From NCBI GenBank assembly GCA_965215605.1, contig OZ244070.1, forward strand, positions 1,120,001 through 1,184,000: a DNA stretch of 64,000 nucleotides, in the 5' to 3' direction. Below are positions 57,817-64,000 of this stretch, piece by piece. The translations under genes and the position numbers were made by a program. Origin of the DNA: an uncultured Candidatus Binatia bacterium. Lineage in GTDB: Bacteria; Desulfobacterota; Binatia; UBA9968; JAJDTQ01. Positions within the stretch are counted from its first letter, which is position 1. Every line of letters begins with the position of its first letter. Under the pieces are notes generated by a model, which did not search any database, was not told the DNA's origin, and was given only the letters and a program-made list of their open reading frames with translations.

Positions 57817-58875
57817 ATGACACGGATACTGAACAACGACGATGTGCGGCAGGCCATGAACATCGACGAGTGCCTGGAGGCCATGGCCACCGCCTACCGG
57901 GACCTCCCGGACGGGCGGGCGGTGAACCGCCCCACCACCCACATCTACACGCACCATTCCATGGCCGACGCCTCCTACAGCTTCAAGTCCGTGGAAGGGG
58001 CGGTGGAGCGGTTCGGCACCCTGGCCCTGCGGGTGACCTCGGACGTGGTCCGGGAGGAGACCTACAACGGCTCGATTCGGCTGGAAAAGCTGCCGCTGGC
58101 CGGCAAGGGGCTGTTCCTCGGGCTGGTGCAGTTGTACAGCCTGGAGAACGGCGAACTGATGGGTATCCTGCCGGACGGCGTCATCCAGCAGACCCGGGTG
58201 GCCATCACCAGCGCCCTGGGCGCCCAGGCGCTGTGCCGGCCGGAGGCCGCCCGGCTGGGCCTCATCGGCACCGGCGGGCAGGCCCGCGCCCACTTCCGCC
58301 TGCTGACCCACGTGCTCCCCATCAAGACGGTCAAGGTCTACAGTCCCCGCCCCGAGCACCGGGAGGCCTTCGCCGAAGAGATGGGCCGGACCGACGGCAT
58401 CGAGGTGGAGCCCACGGGCAGCGTGGCCGCGGCCATCGCCGGATGCGACATCATCTGTACCGCCACCAGCACCTCGTCCCCCATCATCACCGGCGACATG
58501 CTGGAGCCCGGCGTACACTACAACGCCATCCGCGAGTTCGAGCACGACGACACCGTTTTCGCCAAGGCGGACATCACCGGCATCCACACCCAGATGGGCG
58601 GCATCCGGCACCACCTGCCCCCCGGCATCGACCACCTGCCGGGAATTCGCCAGGAGAAGCCCCGGGACTGGAGCGTCTACCCGGAGATCTCGGACTTCCT
58701 GTCCGGCCGCGCCACCGGGCGCACCGGCGCCGGCCAGATCACCTTCTTCCTCAACAACATCGGCATCGGCGTCCAGTTCGCCGCCATGGGGCACTGCATC
58801 CTCAAGGCCGCCGAGAAGATGGGGTTGGGCAAGGAAGTGGCAAGCGACTGGTTCCTGCAGGACATCAAGCCTTGA
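57817..58875 (+). CDS. Ornithine cyclodeaminase / mu-crystallin family protein
   Basis: TRVA, IGTGGQA, CTATST, GVQFAA. Confidence 0.88.
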   Translation: MTRILNNDDVRQAMNIDECLEAMATAYRDLPDGRAVNRPTTHIYTHHSMADASYSFKSVEGAVERFGTLALRVTSDVVREETYNGSIRLEKLPLAGKGLFLGLVQLYSLENGELMGILPDGVIQQTRVAITSALGAQALCRPEAARLGLIGTGGQARAHFRLLTHVLPIKTVKVYSPRPEHREAFAEEMGRTDGIEVEPTGSVAAAIAGCDIICTATSTSSPIITGDMLEPGVHYNAIREFEHDDTVFAKADITGIHTQMGGIRHHLPPGIDHLPGIRQEKPRDWSVYPEISDFLSGRATGRTGAGQITFFLNNIGIGVQFAAMGHCILKAAEKMGLGKEVASDWFLQDIKP

Positions 58876-60077
58876 TGCCGCACGGCCTGACGCAGCACAC
58901 GGAGCAGGACTCAAACCCGCCCGCGGCGGCTTTCTCCCTCTACGTCCACATCCCCTACTGCGTCAGCAAGTGCCCCTACTGCGACTTCAACTCGCACGTG
59001 GCCGCGCGCATACCCGAGGAGGAGTATACCGGGGCGCTCCTCCAGGAACTCCGGCACTATTCCGAGCGGGAGGCATGGACGGGCCGTTCCATCAAGACCG
59101 TCTTCTTGGGCGGCGGCACCCCTTCGACCTTTCAGGGAAGCAGCATCGGCGCCGTGCTCGACGAAGCCGCCAGGCTCTTCGGCTTCGGCGAGCGAATGGA
59201 AATTACCCTGGAGGCGAACCCCGGCGTGGTGGATGCCGGCCGCTTCCGCGACTACCGGAGTTGCGGCGTCAACCGCATCAGCATCGGAGCGCAGAGCTTC
59301 GACCCCAAGCTGCTCCGGTTCCTGGGCCGGGTCCACAGCGCCGAGGAAACCCGCCAGGCCCTCAAGAGCGTCCGGAAGGCCGGCTTCGACAACTTCAGCC
59401 TCGACCTGATCTACGGAATCCCCGGCCAGACCGTAGACGGGGTGGGCCATGACCTCTCACAGGCCCTGGAGAACGAGCCGCCGCACCTGTCCGCCTACAA
59501 CCTCACCATCGAGGAAAGCACGCCCTTCCACGCCCGCTACCGCCAGGGCCTGCTGAAACCCCTGGACGAAGACGTGGAGATCGAGATGGCCGCCCGCGTC
59601 CAGCACACCTTGGCCGACGCCGGCCTGGAGCGCTACGAGATCTCCAACTACGCCCGCCCCGGCCTTGAGTCCCGCCACAACGTCAACTACTGGGAAGGCG
59701 GCGACTACCTCGGCATCGGCGCCGGCGCCCACAGCCACCACCGCCGGCCGGAGGACCCGTTGGGAGAACGCTGGCAGAACGAGCGGTTGCCGAGCGGGTA
59801 CATGCGCCACGTCAGCGAGACCGGTGACGCCGTCACCGAGCGCGAGCGGCCGGAACTTCGTCAAGCCATGGGGGAGCACCTGTTCACCGGGCTCCGGATG
59901 ATCGGGGGGGTTTCGGTACCGGGGTTCTGCCGGCGGTTCGGAACGAAACCTGAGGATGCTTTCGCCGATCTTGCGGATTGGCTCTCACAGAGGCTGCTGG
60001 TAGAGGAAAACAAACGCCTACGCTTTGCGCCGCGGGGGCTCCTGCTGGCCAATGAACTCTTTATTCGGTTGGTATAA
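58875..60077 (+). CDS. hemW: Radical SAM heme chaperone HemW
   Basis: LYVHIPYCVSKCPYCDFNS, GGGTPS, YEISNY...HNVNYW. Confidence 0.92.
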   Translation: MPHGLTQHTEQDSNPPAAAFSLYVHIPYCVSKCPYCDFNSHVAARIPEEEYTGALLQELRHYSEREAWTGRSIKTVFLGGGTPSTFQGSSIGAVLDEAARLFGFGERMEITLEANPGVVDAGRFRDYRSCGVNRISIGAQSFDPKLLRFLGRVHSAEETRQALKSVRKAGFDNFSLDLIYGIPGQTVDGVGHDLSQALENEPPHLSAYNLTIEESTPFHARYRQGLLKPLDEDVEIEMAARVQHTLADAGLERYEISNYARPGLESRHNVNYWEGGDYLGIGAGAHSHHRRPEDPLGERWQNERLPSGYMRHVSETGDAVTERERPELRQAMGEHLFTGLRMIGGVSVPGFCRRFGTKPEDAFADLADWLSQRLLVEENKRLRFAPRGLLLANELFIRLV

Positions 60078-60201
60078 ATTCGCGTAGAGCTGTACGCATA
60101 AGCAGGACTACGCCCGAATCGGTGCGCCTGCGATCTGGAATTCATCTGTGGTAGACTTTTGTCGGAGGAAGGACTCCGTGCCCGTGGACACGCCGCAAAA
60201 A

Positions 60202-60264
60202 AGTTATCAGCCTGTGATAACTAAAGGAAGCGTTCTTGACCGAGCTCGATCTGAGAGATAGTCT
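60202..60264 (+). promoter_or_regulatory. hicBA promoter with an upstream palindrome
   Basis: AGTTATCA-N5-TGATAACT (60202-60222); TTGACC-17nt-TAGTCT (60236-60264). Confidence 0.55.
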
Positions 60265-60304
60265 ACCGCCCAGTAACGCCACGAGGGGTCCCACGGTCAT
60301 ACCC

Positions 60305-60514
60305 ATGCGCACTTACACCGCCGTTGTGGAACGCTGCCCGGATACACGCCTCTATGTTGGATACGTCCCGGGGTTTCCGGGAGCACACAGTCAGGGCGAG
60401 ACTCTTGAGGAACTCAACGACAATCTCAAGGAGGTCGTCGCCATGCTCCTGGATGACGGGGAACCGACGCTGGACGGGGAATATGTGGGTACGCAAACCG
60501 TGGTCGTAACCTGA
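60305..60514 (+). CDS. hicB: HicB family antitoxin (short form)
   Basis: [21 protein letters not shown]. Confidence 0.9.
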   Translation: MRTYTAVVERCPDTRLYVGYVPGFPGAHSQGETLEELNDNLKEVVAMLLDDGEPTLDGEYVGTQTVVVT

Positions 60515-60518
60515 TGCC

Positions 60519-60746
60519 GTGGCGACCATTCCCGTCCTCAAACCACGAGAAGTCATCGCCATCCTCACCGCACTCGGTTTTGTCGAGGTGCGCCAGCGTG
60601 GTTCGCACAAGCAGTTCCGCCATCCAGACGGTCGTGGCACTACCGTACCGATGCACGGCGGCCGCGACGTCTCTCCAATCCTGTTACGTCGTATCGCCCG
60701 CGATATCGGCTTGACCGCCGAAGAGTTCGTCCGGCAACGCCCTTAG
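60519..60746 (+). CDS. hicA: HicA family mRNA interferase toxin
   Basis: [22 protein letters not shown]. Confidence 0.92.
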   Translation: MATIPVLKPREVIAILTALGFVEVRQRGSHKQFRHPDGRGTTVPMHGGRDVSPILLRRIARDIGLTAEEFVRQRP

Positions 60747-60774
60747 TCGCGGCGGGAATGCCCGAGAAGTCTCC

Positions 60775-63311
<2,537 letters not shown>

Positions 63312-63332
63312 GATTCCTTTTCGACCCTTTCC

Positions 63333-63608
63333 TTAGTCGCTTTCGCGGAACTTGTCCTCGATGAGTTCCTCGATGGCAAGCATCGCTTCCTGGGCGTCAT
63401 CGCCCTTGGTTTCCACGCGGATCTTGCTGCCCTTGGCCGCTCCGAGCGTCAGAACGCCCATGATGCTTCGGGCGTTCACGACGTTGTCGTCCTTGGAGAT
63501 CTTCACCTCCGCGGAGAACCGATTGACGGTCTGGACCAGCAACGCGGAGGCCCGGGCGTGCATGCCGAGCCGGTTCTTTATCTCGAGCTTCTTCTTAACG
63601 CGATGCAT
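63333..63608 (-). CDS. ptsH: HPr family phosphocarrier protein
   Basis: GMHARAS, NARSIMGV. Confidence 0.93.
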   Translation of the reverse strand: MHRVKKKLEIKNRLGMHARASALLVQTVNRFSAEVKISKDDNVVNARSIMGVLTLGAAKGSKIRVETKGDDAQEAMLAIEELIEDKFRESD

Positions 63609-63611
63609 GGA

Positions 63612-64000
63612 TCATCTGTCAATGTCCCGGTGCCGCAACTGGATGCGCCACGGAGTCGCCTCCAGGCGCCGCGCGAACTCGGCGGCCAGAACCACCGACC
63701 GGTGCTTGCCGCCGGTACAACCGAAGGCCACGGTCAGGTTGCTCTTGCCCTCGCGTTCATAGTTGGGCAACGTGAATTCCAGCAACGCGTTCATCCGTTC
63801 CACGAACGCGTGGGTTTCCGTCCGGCTGAGCACGAACTCGCGAACCTCCGGAGCCAATCCGCTCTTGGCCTTCAACCCACTAACAAAAAATGGATTGGGA
63901 AGGAACCTCACGTCCATAACCATGTCCGCTTCGGTGGGGATCCCGTACCTGTAGCCGAAGGACACGAGGAAAACCGACATCTGCCGCTTGCCCAGCGCCC
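63612..64000 (-). CDS. rapZ: RNase adapter RapZ, C-terminal part (5' end outside the window)
   Basis: SFGYRYG, DVRFLPNP, GCTGGKHRSV. Confidence 0.92.
   Translation of the reverse strand, partial: ALGKRQMSVFLVSFGYRYGIPTEADMVMDVRFLPNPFFVSGLKAKSGLAPEVREFVLSRTETHAFVERMNALLEFTLPNYEREGKSNLTVAFGCTGGKHRSVVLAAEFARRLEATPWRIQLRHRDIDR

Noticed and set aside
49484-58875. Linking the two mu-crystallin-like genes (thyroid-hormone binding in mammals) to the deiodinase-like selenoprotein
   Set aside because: They are about 40 kb away and OCD paralogs are common; there is no evidence of a connection.

Overview
GC-rich, gene-dense bacterial chromosomal window. The gene mix suggests a deltaproteobacteria-like/Binatia-type organism, possibly host-associated; this is inference only. 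The left ~26 kb is accessory metabolism: TPP enzymes, a reductive-dehalogenase-like protein, MmgE/PrpD, SPFH/NfeD, a heme-oxygenase-like protein, UbiD and a Rieske/aldolase/amidohydrolase/MFS cluster. It also holds a broken MMPL + sterol-methyltransferase-like + GPP34-P450 locus. The middle holds a Rieske/split cytochrome b complex with an octaheme cytochrome c, then the xerC-hslVU-argBDFGH-lipoprotein-lysA-dapFAB cluster. The right part has moaA, a 2-oxoacid:ferredoxin oxidoreductase, hemW, hicBA, ahcY, metK, HPr and rapZ. The best hidden signals are two recoded genes that the ORF track misses or splits. One is a deiodinase-like selenoprotein (FGSIT-U-PPF, 10627-11331) with a clear bacterial SECIS hairpin. 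The other is an unannotated 71-codon gene (7326-7541, minus strand) with two in-frame UGA codons in a U-x-x-x-U motif, each followed by a hairpin, a candidate small di-selenoprotein at the end of a ubiD operon. Two REP-like repeat families (one copy in frame inside a lipoprotein gene) and a CTAG-flanked MITE-like palindrome are also present. No rRNA, tRNA or CRISPR array was seen.
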